A stretch of DNA of 64,000 nt from Alphaproteobacteria bacterium (lineage in GTDB: Bacteria > Pseudomonadota > Alphaproteobacteria > GCA-2731375). Positions within the stretch are counted from its first letter, which is position 1; each line of letters starts with the position of its first letter. The position numbers and the translations under genes were made by a program. The stretch lies in the NCBI GenBank assembly GCA_965232515.1, contig CBDDPY010000002.1, forward strand, positions 416,001 through 480,000, written 5' to 3'. This document shows, one piece after another, positions 1-9,136 of this stretch. Below the pieces are notes generated by a model, which worked only from the letters and a program-made list of their open reading frames with translations, was not told the origin of the DNA and made no database searches.

Positions 1-28
1 GGCGTTCGCGCGGCTGCCGAAGAGCGCG

Positions 29-976
29 ATGCCGTTCGACTATTTTGAAGACCGCTACGCCCTGATGCTGCTGCACGACGCGCTGCCCGGCGAGGTGCCG
101 ATCCGCGCCCTCCGCACGTCCCGCTATGCGCGACTGCTCAAGCGTCCTCCGGTTGAGGCGCTGATCCGTGCCAACGGCAATGGCCGGCTTGGCCCTGCCG
201 ATCTCGGGCGCGCGCGGGCAGATCGGATCCTCAGCTACGAGTTGACGCTGGGTTTGTGGGGCCCAAGGCGGCGTCGACACTGGGATCGCAGCAAACATCA
301 GATGCTCCGCCCCGGACGAAACATGGTGTTGCAGCTCAACTTCTCGGCATCGGATGTGCGCGACTACCGCAGTCTTGTTCAGCCGAAGCGGATTTACCTC
401 ATGCAGCGCTACGGTCATCCGGTGGCGCGCCGTGGCTATCACACTCTTGCCTGGGCGCGGATTGACCTCGATCTGGACGGGCGGGAGGCGCTGATCGAGG
501 AAATTCAGACCGACTGGGTTCGTGAGGCGCACCGTGTTCTGGCATGGCCCAGATACAAACGGGCATCCATGGCGGGTCATCGACATCGGATCGAGACCTA
601 TGTCGAGCATGTTCTCCGTCCGCACGCGCTGATGTGGGACGAGGCGATGATGGCGGCTACGATCGAGGTTCTGCGTCGTTGCATGAAGATTCGTCGGATC
701 TACTACTACGACTTCGAGACCGGTAATCGTTGCAAGGGGATCGGCCGGCGCGGGGCGAAACCGCCACGCTCGCTGTACACCGACCTGCCGCGCCGCTTCG
801 GCTTCGAGCGGGGCGAATCCATACCGGCTTTCGCGTCCTCTGAGTTCAGCGGCAGGCTTTGGGAGGTGTTTAAGGACCAACCGCCCGTGTTCTGGCAATT
901 GCCGCCGGCGCCGGACCCAGAGTTGATGGCAATCAGAAGCGGACCGAAAAGATCAACCCGCCGGATGGCGGGCTGA
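29..976 (+). CDS. Hypothetical protein, probably 5'-truncated by the window edge
   Basis: 315-aa ORF whose frame stays open back to base 2. It contains a conserved-looking block HTLAWARIDLD...LIEEIQTDW; no family assigned with confidence. Confidence 0.65.
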   Translation: MPFDYFEDRYALMLLHDALPGEVPIRALRTSRYARLLKRPPVEALIRANGNGRLGPADLGRARADRILSYELTLGLWGPRRRRHWDRSKHQMLRPGRNMVLQLNFSASDVRDYRSLVQPKRIYLMQRYGHPVARRGYHTLAWARIDLDLDGREALIEEIQTDWVREAHRVLAWPRYKRASMAGHRHRIETYVEHVLRPHALMWDEAMMAATIEVLRRCMKIRRIYYYDFETGNRCKGIGRRGAKPPRSLYTDLPRRFGFERGESIPAFASSEFSGRLWEVFKDQPPVFWQLPPAPDPELMAIRSGPKRSTRRMAG

Positions 977-1017
977 TCGGGTCGGCATTCGGCGCCGCTG
1001 GCGGCGCGCGGGTTGGC

Positions 1018-2376
1018 TTACTTCGGCACCGAGGCCTGGAACTTGGTCAAGGCCGCGACGAACCCTTGCGGCTTGTATTCCTCATCCTTGGCCACGGCGT
1101 CGTAAAGCCCGTTGACGGCCTTGTTCATGGCGTCGAGCTGGCCGCCGTCGACATAGCCGGCATTGCCCATGGCGTTGATGATGGCCGAGATCGCCATCGT
1201 CGCCTGCTCGGCGGCCGCATATTCGACGTATTCGCCCTTGCGGCCGTCGGTCAGGACGCCGTTCAACAGGGCCTGCATGGTCTCCTTGTTGAACTTATGC
1301 TTGGCGAAGACAGTCACCAGACGGTCGGAAATCTCCTTCACCTTGGCGGCGGCCGTCGCCATTTCCTTCGGGCCCTGCGTCGACGCCTTGTGCATCGCCA
1401 GGCCGGCGTCCCGCAGGCCCTTGCCGCTGTCGGGATCGATCTGCCGCGCCAGGATGTAGAGCATGATCATGTTGGCGTCGTTGATCTTCGGCACGCCCGG
1501 GCCGAGGCCGGTGGAGGCCCGCGGTTGCCAGCGCAGATTGCTCATCGGGTGATGGCAGGCGTGGCAGTCGAACAGCACCAGCTCGGGGAAGATGCCGTCG
1601 CGGCCCCGCTTCGGATCCATCATCGCGTCCATCATCTCGGACAGCGCCACGGCCTGGCCGATGGCCCAGGTCTGCACGCCGTTCGAGACCTGCTTGCGCT
1701 TGCGGTAGTCGGCGTCGACCTTGTAGTGCGCCGGCTGCACGGCCGTGAAGGTATCGAGCTCGAAGGCCATGCGCGGATGGCCGGCGCCCATGATGCGGTG
1801 CGTGACGAACTTCTTGTCCACGCCGAAATGGCACGACAGGCACAGTTTGGCGCGCGCGATCGGCTCCTCGGTCGGATAGAGGCCGGCCGCGATGTTGTCG
1901 GCATGCGTCGCGGTGCCGGACACGTGCAGGCCGAGCCAGCGCACGGCGCCGCCGTGACAGGCCTCGCAGCCGACGCCGTCGCTGATCTGGAAGGTCTTGC
2001 CGCGCAGGTTTTGGGGTGGATTGTTGGCATGGCAGTCGAGGCAGAGGTCCGCCGTGTGCGCGTCCTTCAGCCCGAGATTGGCGGCGATCCGCTTGGATTG
2101 CTCGTTCAGCAGAACCGCATAGGCCTTGGCGTGCTTATCGTTCTTCTGCCAGGTGATGTATTCGTTCTGCAGAACCGTCGAGTCGGGCCAGGTCTGCACC
2201 GAGCCGTGACAGGTGCTGCCGGCGCAGGTGACCACGCCCAAATGCGTATCTTTCGCATATTGCGGCAGCACGGGGTCGGCGGCGTTGGCGGGCAGGGCGG
2301 CTAGCATGCCCCCCGTCACGAACATAGCCACGACCGTATCCCTGATGGCTGATCGCCATCCGTAAAGAATCGCCAT
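1018..2376 (-). CDS. Exported multihaem c-type cytochrome (c554-like), five haem-binding motifs
   Basis: Signal peptide ending ANA-A; motifs CAGSTCH (CX4CH), CLDCH, CEACH, CLSCH and CHACH. Confidence 0.85.
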   Translation of the reverse strand: MAILYGWRSAIRDTVVAMFVTGGMLAALPANAADPVLPQYAKDTHLGVVTCAGSTCHGSVQTWPDSTVLQNEYITWQKNDKHAKAYAVLLNEQSKRIAANLGLKDAHTADLCLDCHANNPPQNLRGKTFQISDGVGCEACHGGAVRWLGLHVSGTATHADNIAAGLYPTEEPIARAKLCLSCHFGVDKKFVTHRIMGAGHPRMAFELDTFTAVQPAHYKVDADYRKRKQVSNGVQTWAIGQAVALSEMMDAMMDPKRGRDGIFPELVLFDCHACHHPMSNLRWQPRASTGLGPGVPKINDANMIMLYILARQIDPDSGKGLRDAGLAMHKASTQGPKEMATAAAKVKEISDRLVTVFAKHKFNKETMQALLNGVLTDGRKGEYVEYAAAEQATMAISAIINAMGNAGYVDGGQLDAMNKAVNGLYDAVAKDEEYKPQGFVAALTKFQASVPK

Positions 2377-2526
2377 CCTCTGAAGCCTCCCCCTTCCGAA
2401 TCACGCCTCCAGTTTATATTGAGAATTATGGAATCTCGATGATAGGCAGGTAAACCCTCGTCTCGGCAAATTAGCGAATTCGCGGGATGCCATCGGGGGT
2501 TGAGTACGAGCACTCGCGCCAGGAAA

Positions 2527-2931
2527 TCAGTTCTCTTCGTCGTGCGCGCCGCGTTCGCGGGCCATGTTTTGTAGCTGCATCAGCGCACCACGGACCTCGG
2601 CGTCATTGGGCATGATCTGCGATGCGCGGCTATAGGCGGCGACGGCCTCGGTCAATCGCCCCATCGCCATCATCGAGCGGCCCAGCATCTTCCAGCCCTC
2701 GCCGTCGTCGGGATCCGCCAACAGGCGCTGGCGCAACGCCTCGACCCGGGCCTCGATCTCGGCCTGGGTCGGCCGGGTGTTGTTGGCCGGGGCGGTCGCC
2801 GCTGGTGTGGCCGGCGTCGCCGCCGGCGTGATCGGAAAGCTGGTCGGGCGCGTCAGCAGGGCCGCCGCGGCCAGCGATCCGGCCACCGAGACAACGGCCA
2901 ACAGGCCGATCAGAAAATTGTTGGCGTTCAT
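2527..2931 (-). CDS. Membrane-anchored TPR protein, CycH/CcmI C-terminal-like
   Basis: N-terminal hydrophobic helix, Ala/Pro linker, then LRQRLLADPDDGEGWKMLGRSMMAMGRLTEAVAAYSRA, typical of CycH/NrfG TPR units. Confidence 0.75.
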   Translation of the reverse strand: MNANNFLIGLLAVVSVAGSLAAAALLTRPTSFPITPAATPATPAATAPANNTRPTQAEIEARVEALRQRLLADPDDGEGWKMLGRSMMAMGRLTEAVAAYSRASQIMPNDAEVRGALMQLQNMARERGAHDEEN

Positions 2932-3012
2932 CTTCGCTCGTCTCAGATTCGCGCGAACATACCACGCGGACGGCTTGGTCTTTCAAGCGACCGATGCCAG
3001 GGTGGGGCCGTA

Positions 3013-3768
3013 ATGCCCGACACGCTGACGCTCCTTACCAACCTGATGCCGGTCGTCGCCGCGCCGTTTATCGGCAGCTTCCTGACGACGGCCGCGCTGC
3101 GTTCGGCGACGGCGCAGCCGGTGGTCTGGGGACGCTCGGCCTGCCCGGCCTGCCATCAGCGACTGGGGCCGATAGATCTGTTGCCGGTGCTGAGCTGGCT
3201 GGCGACGCGTGGCCAGTGCCGTTATTGCCGGGCGCGGGTGTCGGTATTCTATCCGGCCGTTGAGGTCGCCGCGCTCTCGGTCGCTGCCTGGGCCGCTCTG
3301 TGGCTGGATGGTCCGGGCCTGTGGATTGCCTGCGGCCTCGGCTGGCTGCTGCTGCTCCTGGCGGCGATCGATTGGCGCTATCGCTTGTTGCCCGACGCAC
3401 TGACGCTGTCCTTGGGGATTTTCGGCCTGCTGATCGCCACCGTCGACGGCCGGATCGCGGACGCGGCGATTGGCGCCGCTGTCGGACTGTCGGTCTTTGC
3501 CGCCGTGCGCTGGCTCTATGCCCGGATCCGCCGGCGCGAGGGTCTAGGCCTGGGCGATGTGAAGCTTATTGCGGCGGCCGGCACATGGGTCGGCTGGGCC
3601 GGCCTGCCCAGCCTCGTGCTGATCGCATCGCTTGCGGCGCTTGCCGTGGTCGGTATCGGCGCCGTGGGCGGTCGGCGCGTCCGTCCCGATGACGCCGTGC
3701 CGTTCGGCAGCTATCTGGCTTTCGGCTGTTGGATCGTCTGGCTGCACGGCCCGCTGCGCTTCGCCTAG
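3013..3768 (+). CDS. gspO: Prepilin peptidase (A24 family, GspO/PilD)
   Basis: Two CxxC pairs (SACPAC, GQCRYC), IDWRYRLLPD, GLGDVKL and PFGSYL motifs; multiple TM helices. Confidence 0.92.
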   Translation: MPDTLTLLTNLMPVVAAPFIGSFLTTAALRSATAQPVVWGRSACPACHQRLGPIDLLPVLSWLATRGQCRYCRARVSVFYPAVEVAALSVAAWAALWLDGPGLWIACGLGWLLLLLAAIDWRYRLLPDALTLSLGIFGLLIATVDGRIADAAIGAAVGLSVFAAVRWLYARIRRREGLGLGDVKLIAAAGTWVGWAGLPSLVLIASLAALAVVGIGAVGGRRVRPDDAVPFGSYLAFGCWIVWLHGPLRFA

Positions 3769-3840
3769 GCCGTCCGCACGGGCTAGAATGCGCCTCGAAA
3801 TTCGGGGAGGTTTCCGGCCGGACGATGCCGGGCTGCTGAG

Positions 3841-5061
3841 ATGCCGATCTTCCAATACAAAGCCGTCGCCCCGTCGGGCGAGGTCACCGAAGGCCGCATG
3901 GAGGCGGCCAGCCGCGACGACGTGATCCGGCGGCTGCAGGCCGACGACTTCGTGCCGATCCGGGCGGACGAGCAGACGGCGGAGGATACGGGCCTCGGCG
4001 CCACGCTGCAGGCCGCGTTGCGACAGCCGATCGGCCGGTCCGGACCATTGCCGCGCGCGCTCGGGCTGTTCACCCACGAGCTTGCGACCCTCCTCGGCGC
4101 CGGCCTCACCGTCGAGCGCGCGCTCGCTATCCTTTCGAGTGTGGCCGGTGGACGATCTTCCGAGCTGGCGTGGGGCCTGCTGCAGCGTCTGCAGGCCGGA
4201 CAGGCGTTGTCCGATGCCATGGCGGCCCGATCCGACCTATTCGGTGGCTTCTACGTGGCCATGGTGCGGGCCGGCGAGGCCGGCGGCGATCTCGCGGCGG
4301 CTTTGTCGCGGCTCGCCGGCTATCTCGAACGCGCGCGCGCCGCCGCCGACAATTTGAAATCGGCGCTGATCTATCCGGCGATCCTGGTGGCTTTCGCCAT
4401 CCTGTCGGTGATGCTGCTGATGACCTTCGTCGTGCCGCAGTTCGAAGTCATGTTCCGCGAGGCCGGCCGCGAGCTACCGACGGCGACGCGGGCTCTGATC
4501 GCCGCCTCCGGATTCATGCGCGACTTCGGCTGGCTGCTGGTGATCGTGCTAGCGATCGTCTGGCTCGCCGCCCGGCAGCGGAAATTCGGCGCCGTCGTCG
4601 ATGGCTATTTGCTCCGGCTGCCGTATCTCGGCCGGCTGATCGCGCGGATCGAGACCGAGCGGTTCGCTCGTGCACTGGGCGCGCTGCTGTCGGGTGGCGT
4701 CGCCCTGCCGCCGGCATTGGATCTCGCCGCGGGCGTGCTGTCCAACCGGGCCATGGCGCGCGCCGCCGCCGAGGTCGCCGCCACGGTCCGCGAGGGCGGT
4801 AGATTTGGCGAGGCAATCACTGACGCCGGCCTGTTCCCGGGCGTCGCCGCCGAGTTGGTGAAGGTGGGCGAGGAGACCGGCCGGCTTGCCGACATGCTCA
4901 TCCGGACCGCCGATATCGAAGCCACCGAACTGGCCGCGAGCCTGCGCCGCCTGGTCGCCGTGGCAGTACCCGGCGTCACCATTCTGTTGGGCCTGTTCGT
5001 GGCCGCGATCATCCTGGCGGTGATGTCGGCCATCCTGGGCGCCTACGATCTGACGCTATGA
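3841..5061 (+). CDS. gspF: Type II secretion inner-membrane platform protein GspF
   Basis: MPIFQYKA start, FTHELATLLGAGL, MVRAGEAGG, ALIYPAIL and VGEETGRL motifs. Confidence 0.93.
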   Translation: MPIFQYKAVAPSGEVTEGRMEAASRDDVIRRLQADDFVPIRADEQTAEDTGLGATLQAALRQPIGRSGPLPRALGLFTHELATLLGAGLTVERALAILSSVAGGRSSELAWGLLQRLQAGQALSDAMAARSDLFGGFYVAMVRAGEAGGDLAAALSRLAGYLERARAAADNLKSALIYPAILVAFAILSVMLLMTFVVPQFEVMFREAGRELPTATRALIAASGFMRDFGWLLVIVLAIVWLAARQRKFGAVVDGYLLRLPYLGRLIARIETERFARALGALLSGGVALPPALDLAAGVLSNRAMARAAAEVAATVREGGRFGEAITDAGLFPGVAAELVKVGEETGRLADMLIRTADIEATELAASLRRLVAVAVPGVTILLGLFVAAIILAVMSAILGAYDLTL

Positions 5062-5447
5062 CATCGGACCGTCGGGCACGGAGCCGCGGCTTCACCTTGA
5101 TCGAGGTGCTGGTCGCCTTCGCGCTCGTCGCGCTGATCCTGGGCGCGGCGTTACGGTTGGTGTCGGGCGGCCTGAACGACAGCGATGCCGCCGAGCGGCA
5201 TACTCTCGCGGTTCTGGTGGCGGAGTCCCGGCTCGCCGAAGTGGGTGCGGCGGCGCCGCTGGAACCGGGCATCACCGAGGGCTCCGCATCCGACATCTAT
5301 CGTTGGCGACGGGAGATCAGATTGCTGGATGGCCAGACCGACGCCGACCCGCTGCCACTCTACGCGGTGACGGTCGATGTGACCTGGGACGATGGACCCG
5401 GCGTCCGCCTCGCCACGCTGCGACCGGGGCGGTCAGACCCGCCATGA
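5058..5447 (+). CDS. gspI: Minor pseudopilin GspI
   Basis: Class III signal RG|FTLIEVLVA; 129 aa; ATGA overlaps with both neighbours. Confidence 0.85.
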   Translation: MTSDRRARSRGFTLIEVLVAFALVALILGAALRLVSGGLNDSDAAERHTLAVLVAESRLAEVGAAAPLEPGITEGSASDIYRWRREIRLLDGQTDADPLPLYAVTVDVTWDDGPGVRLATLRPGRSDPP

Positions 5448-6040
5448 GCCGGGGATTCACGCTGATCGAGCTGCTGGTGGCGATGACGCTGCTGGCTTTG
5501 ATGTCCGCCGTGCTGTTCGGCGGCCTGCGGCTGGGCGGCAGCGCCGCCGCGCGCGTCGAGGCGCAAGCCGAGAGCCTGGAAGACCTGAGGCTGGTGCAGT
5601 CGTTTCTCCGCCGTCAACTGACATCGGCACAGCCGGTGATCTGGATCGTTAACCGCGAACCGGCGGTCGCCTTCGACGGCCGTTCGGATGGCGTGGATTT
5701 CATCGGTGAGCTGCCGGCCCATCTCGCGACCGGCGGCCGGCAGGCTGTTCGACTGCAAGCCGGGTCCGGCGGCGAGCTGTCGTTGACCTGGCATCCGCTC
5801 GGCGGCAACGAACAGGCCTTCGCGTTTGAGGATGGTCGGCGGCATCGTCTCGCCGACGGTTTGGGCAAGCTGCGTTTCGACTATTTCGGTCAACGGCCAA
5901 TCGACTCACCGGCGCAATGGCACGACACGTGGCAGGGCGCCGATGGCCTGCCGGAGTTGATCCGTGTGCGTAACGAGGACGACGAACCCTCTTGGCCCGA
6001 GCTCATCGTCGCCCCGCGCCTCGATCCGGGTCTGCGCTAA
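5444..6040 (+). CDS. gspJ: Minor pseudopilin GspJ
   Basis: MSRG|FTLIELLVAM; ATG at 5444 overlaps the gspI TGA; C-terminal W..W...LPELIRV...WPEL pattern. Confidence 0.87.
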   Translation: MSRGFTLIELLVAMTLLALMSAVLFGGLRLGGSAAARVEAQAESLEDLRLVQSFLRRQLTSAQPVIWIVNREPAVAFDGRSDGVDFIGELPAHLATGGRQAVRLQAGSGGELSLTWHPLGGNEQAFAFEDGRRHRLADGLGKLRFDYFGQRPIDSPAQWHDTWQGADGLPELIRVRNEDDEPSWPELIVAPRLDPGLR

Positions 6041-6043
6041 TCC

Positions 6044-6964
6044 ATGTGGCCCATCGCACCACCATCCGACAGTAGCCGTGGCTTCGCGCTGATCCTGGTC
6101 TTGTGGGCGCTGGCGCTGTTGTCGACGCTTGCCGTGGCCTTGTCGACGACGGGCCGGTCCGACGTGGCGCTGACCCACAATCTGGTGGAGACCAGCCGCG
6201 CTGCGCATCTTGCGGACGCCGGCATTTACGTCGGCATTCGGGCGTTGCTGACGCCGGAAAACCTGCCGGCGATCGATGACGACGGTCGCAGGCGGCTGGA
6301 TGTCCGCATCGACGGCGCCGAGGTGCGGCTCGTCCTGCAGGATGAGGGCGGCAAGGTCGACGTGAACCAGACGCCACAACGCCTGTTGCGCGGCGCTCTG
6401 TTGGCGGCCGGGGCTGCGGATGGTGAGGCTAACCGCCTTGCCGACGCGATCATGGATTGGCGCGACAGGGACGATCGGCGGCGCGATTTCGGTGCCGAGG
6501 CGTCGGCGTACGAACGCGCCGGACAGCCGGACCGGCCGCGCAACGGTCCATTCGAGCTGCTGAGCGAGCTACGGCTCGTGTTGGGTATGTCCGACGATCT
6601 GTATGCCCGGCTGAAACCGTTCGTCACCATCGACTCGCGGCAGGCCGGTCTCGACCCCGGCCAAGCCTCGGCGGCGCTCCTGCGCGCCGTGCCGGAGCTG
6701 TCGGGTGTCGACGTTCGGCGGTTGCTGGCGATGCGGGGGGATGCCGAACCGGGATCGGCTCTGCCCAACGTCGGTGGCGGCGCGGAGCTCCTGGTCGCCG
6801 GCCATGGCCTCGCCCACACGGTGACGGCCGATGTGGTCCTGCCGTCGGGCGTGGCGTACCGCAGCGAGGCCGTGGTGCTGATCAGCGACGCCGTCGACCG
6901 GCCCTATCGAATCCGGGCTTGGCGGTCGCCGGCCGTCGATGGTGCTGCGCTGGCGGCCCCCTGA
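6044..6964 (+). CDS. gspK: Minor pseudopilin GspK
   Basis: RG|FALILVLW with no Glu at +5 (typical of GspK); DEGGKVDVN, AIMDWRDRD and ELRLVLGM motifs. Confidence 0.9.
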   Translation: MWPIAPPSDSSRGFALILVLWALALLSTLAVALSTTGRSDVALTHNLVETSRAAHLADAGIYVGIRALLTPENLPAIDDDGRRRLDVRIDGAEVRLVLQDEGGKVDVNQTPQRLLRGALLAAGAADGEANRLADAIMDWRDRDDRRRDFGAEASAYERAGQPDRPRNGPFELLSELRLVLGMSDDLYARLKPFVTIDSRQAGLDPGQASAALLRAVPELSGVDVRRLLAMRGDAEPGSALPNVGGGAELLVAGHGLAHTVTADVVLPSGVAYRSEAVVLISDAVDRPYRIRAWRSPAVDGAALAAP

Positions 6965-6985
6965 AGAACGCCGTATAAGAATCGC

Positions 6986-8023
6986 ATGACGGCGACGCTT
7001 TCTTCCGGACCGGCGGCCGACGGCGGGTCGACGCTTCGGCGTTTCACGCGGTGGTGGGGCGGCGAGCTCGCTGCTCTGGTGCCGGGCGGCTTGCGTCGCG
7101 CGATCGGACTGGAAAGCCCCGAGCTGCTGATCCTGGCGCGGTCCGACGATCTTCGCCTGCGCCGCCGTCGGGGCGGCCGGTTGGAGGAACTGGGTGGCCT
7201 GGACGCCGTACCGGCCGGCGCGGACGATGCCCGTATCGTTCTGCAGATCCCGGCTGAACGGGCGTTTGTAAAGACCGTGCAGCTGCCGCTCGCCGCATCG
7301 GAAAACCTGCCCGAAGTCCTGGCCTTCGAGATGGACCGGCAGACGCCGTTCCAGCCCGACCAGGTTCATTTCGGATATTCCGTGCTTGCCCGTAACACGG
7401 CGGAGAAGACATTGCAGGTTCGCCTCTCGGTCGTTCCGAGATCCGTGGTCGCGGGCGCGCTCGAACAGCTCCGTCGACGGGAGATAACGGCCGACGCGAT
7501 CGAGATTGTCGATGCTGACCGCTTGATCGGCGTGCCCGCTGGTGCGCCGCAGACAACAGGCATCGGGCGTCTGAACGGCCTGCTGATGGTGCTGTGCCTG
7601 TTGCTTCTGATCGCGGCCGTCGCCTCACCGGCGGCCGTCCGCTACTACCGCATTGCCGAAATGGATCGGGAGATCGCGGCCCTGAAGCCGCGCGCCGAGG
7701 CGGCGCTGGCCCGGCGCGGCGATACCGACCGGCAGACCGAAGGCGCGATGCAGGCGATCGCCGCCCGCGCGGCGGCGCCCTTCGCGACCGCTGTGCTCGA
7801 GGAGGTGACGCGATTGCTGCCGGATGACACCTGGCTGGCGCAATTCAACATCGTCTCCGGACGGGTCGAGATCGAAGGTTCGACTGCGTCGGCAACGAAT
7901 TTGGTGCCGCTGCTCGAGGGCTCGCCGCTGTTTGCGGCCGTATCCTTCCGGGCCCCGCTGACAACCAATGCCGTGACCCGGCGCGAGCACTTCCAGTTCG
8001 TAATCGAGTTGTCGCCGCGATGA
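6986..8023 (+). CDS. gspL: T2SS protein GspL (PilN-type periplasmic domain)
   Basis: WWGGEL, LPLAASENL.EVL.FEMDRQTPF, a single TM helix and LLPDDTWL; XpsL-like. Confidence 0.85.
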   Translation: MTATLSSGPAADGGSTLRRFTRWWGGELAALVPGGLRRAIGLESPELLILARSDDLRLRRRRGGRLEELGGLDAVPAGADDARIVLQIPAERAFVKTVQLPLAASENLPEVLAFEMDRQTPFQPDQVHFGYSVLARNTAEKTLQVRLSVVPRSVVAGALEQLRRREITADAIEIVDADRLIGVPAGAPQTTGIGRLNGLLMVLCLLLLIAAVASPAAVRYYRIAEMDREIAALKPRAEAALARRGDTDRQTEGAMQAIAARAAAPFATAVLEEVTRLLPDDTWLAQFNIVSGRVEIEGSTASATNLVPLLEGSPLFAAVSFRAPLTTNAVTRREHFQFVIELSPR

Positions 8024-8574
8024 GCCGGATATTGCAGCGCCTGGCGGCCGTCGCCCTGCTTCTGCTTGTTGTGGTCGTCGGCTATGCGGGCCTCGCCGCG
8101 CCGTTGGCCGCGCATTATGCCGTGCTGGAACAGCGTGAGCGGCAGACGGCCCGGCTGTTGGAGCGTTACCGACGCATCGTCGCCCGAACGGAAGCGCCGT
8201 CAGCCGCGACCGGTACGCATAATCTCCCGCTGACAGAAATCTACCTGCCGGGTGAAAGCCCGGCTCAAGCCGTGGCGGCGCTGCAGGACCGTGTGAAGTT
8301 CGCGGCCGCTGACGCCGGCGCGCGGCTGGGCAGCGTCGAGGTGCTGGCGCCCCGCGCCGACGGCGGCCTGAACCGTCAGGCTGTCCGGGCCCGTTTCACC
8401 GCCGACACACAATCCCTGCAAAAGGTACTCCACAGCCTGGAATCGAGCCGGCCGCTGCTGCTGCTGAACAATCTCTACGTCCGGGCGCGGGATACGCGGT
8501 CGGACACGTCGCAGCTTCGGCTCGACATCCGAATCGACGTCGTCGGTTTCGCCGGCGGGGCGGCGGGATCGTGA
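8020..8574 (+). CDS. gspM: T2SS protein GspM
   Basis: N-terminal TM helix, coiled coil, LQKVLHSLESSRPLL motif; position after gspL. Confidence 0.82.
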   Translation: MSRILQRLAAVALLLLVVVVGYAGLAAPLAAHYAVLEQRERQTARLLERYRRIVARTEAPSAATGTHNLPLTEIYLPGESPAQAVAALQDRVKFAAADAGARLGSVEVLAPRADGGLNRQAVRARFTADTQSLQKVLHSLESSRPLLLLNNLYVRARDTRSDTSQLRLDIRIDVVGFAGGAAGS

Positions 8575-9077
8575 AGACGCGCGCCCGTCGAAGGCTCGGC
8601 CTCGTGCTGGGACTTGCCTGTCTGCTGTTCGGGCTGGCGACGGCCGTGCCGTGGCTGGGTGTCGCCGGCGGCCCTCCGCCGGTTTCTGCGGTCGGTGCGT
8701 CCGCCAACACCACCGACCGGCCACGGGTCGATCTCGCCGCGCTGACCGTGCCCGGCCTCGAGGCTTATTCGCAAACCCGCGAACGGCCGTTGTTCCTATC
8801 GACCCGGCGCGTGATCGCAGCCGCGCCAGACAACGCGGGCGATGCGCCCGCCGGGCTGATGGACCGCTATGTCTTCACGGGCGTCGTCATCGCGCCGGAC
8901 CAGCGGCTGGTCCTGCTGCGGCCGATTGGCGGCGGCGGCGTCCGGCGTGTCGCCGAGGGCGACGTGCTGGACGGCTGGCTGATCGAGGAGATCGCCAACG
9001 ATTTCCTGACCATTGTCGCCGACGGCCGGCGCGAGGTCGTACCGCTGGTCGGACAAAGCCCGGAAACGCGCCGATAG
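8571..9077 (+). CDS. T2SS protein XpsN/GspC-like
   Basis: Single TM helix, RERPLFLSTRR, FTGVVI and EGDVLDGW motifs; lies between gspM and gspD. Confidence 0.72.
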   Translation: MKTRARRRLGLVLGLACLLFGLATAVPWLGVAGGPPPVSAVGASANTTDRPRVDLAALTVPGLEAYSQTRERPLFLSTRRVIAAAPDNAGDAPAGLMDRYVFTGVVIAPDQRLVLLRPIGGGGVRRVAEGDVLDGWLIEEIANDFLTIVADGRREVVPLVGQSPETRR

Positions 9078-9136
9078 CGTTAACGCCGGCCTGCAAGTAA
9101 GATGACGTCGCATAATGTGTGGCGGGGCTGAACCCG

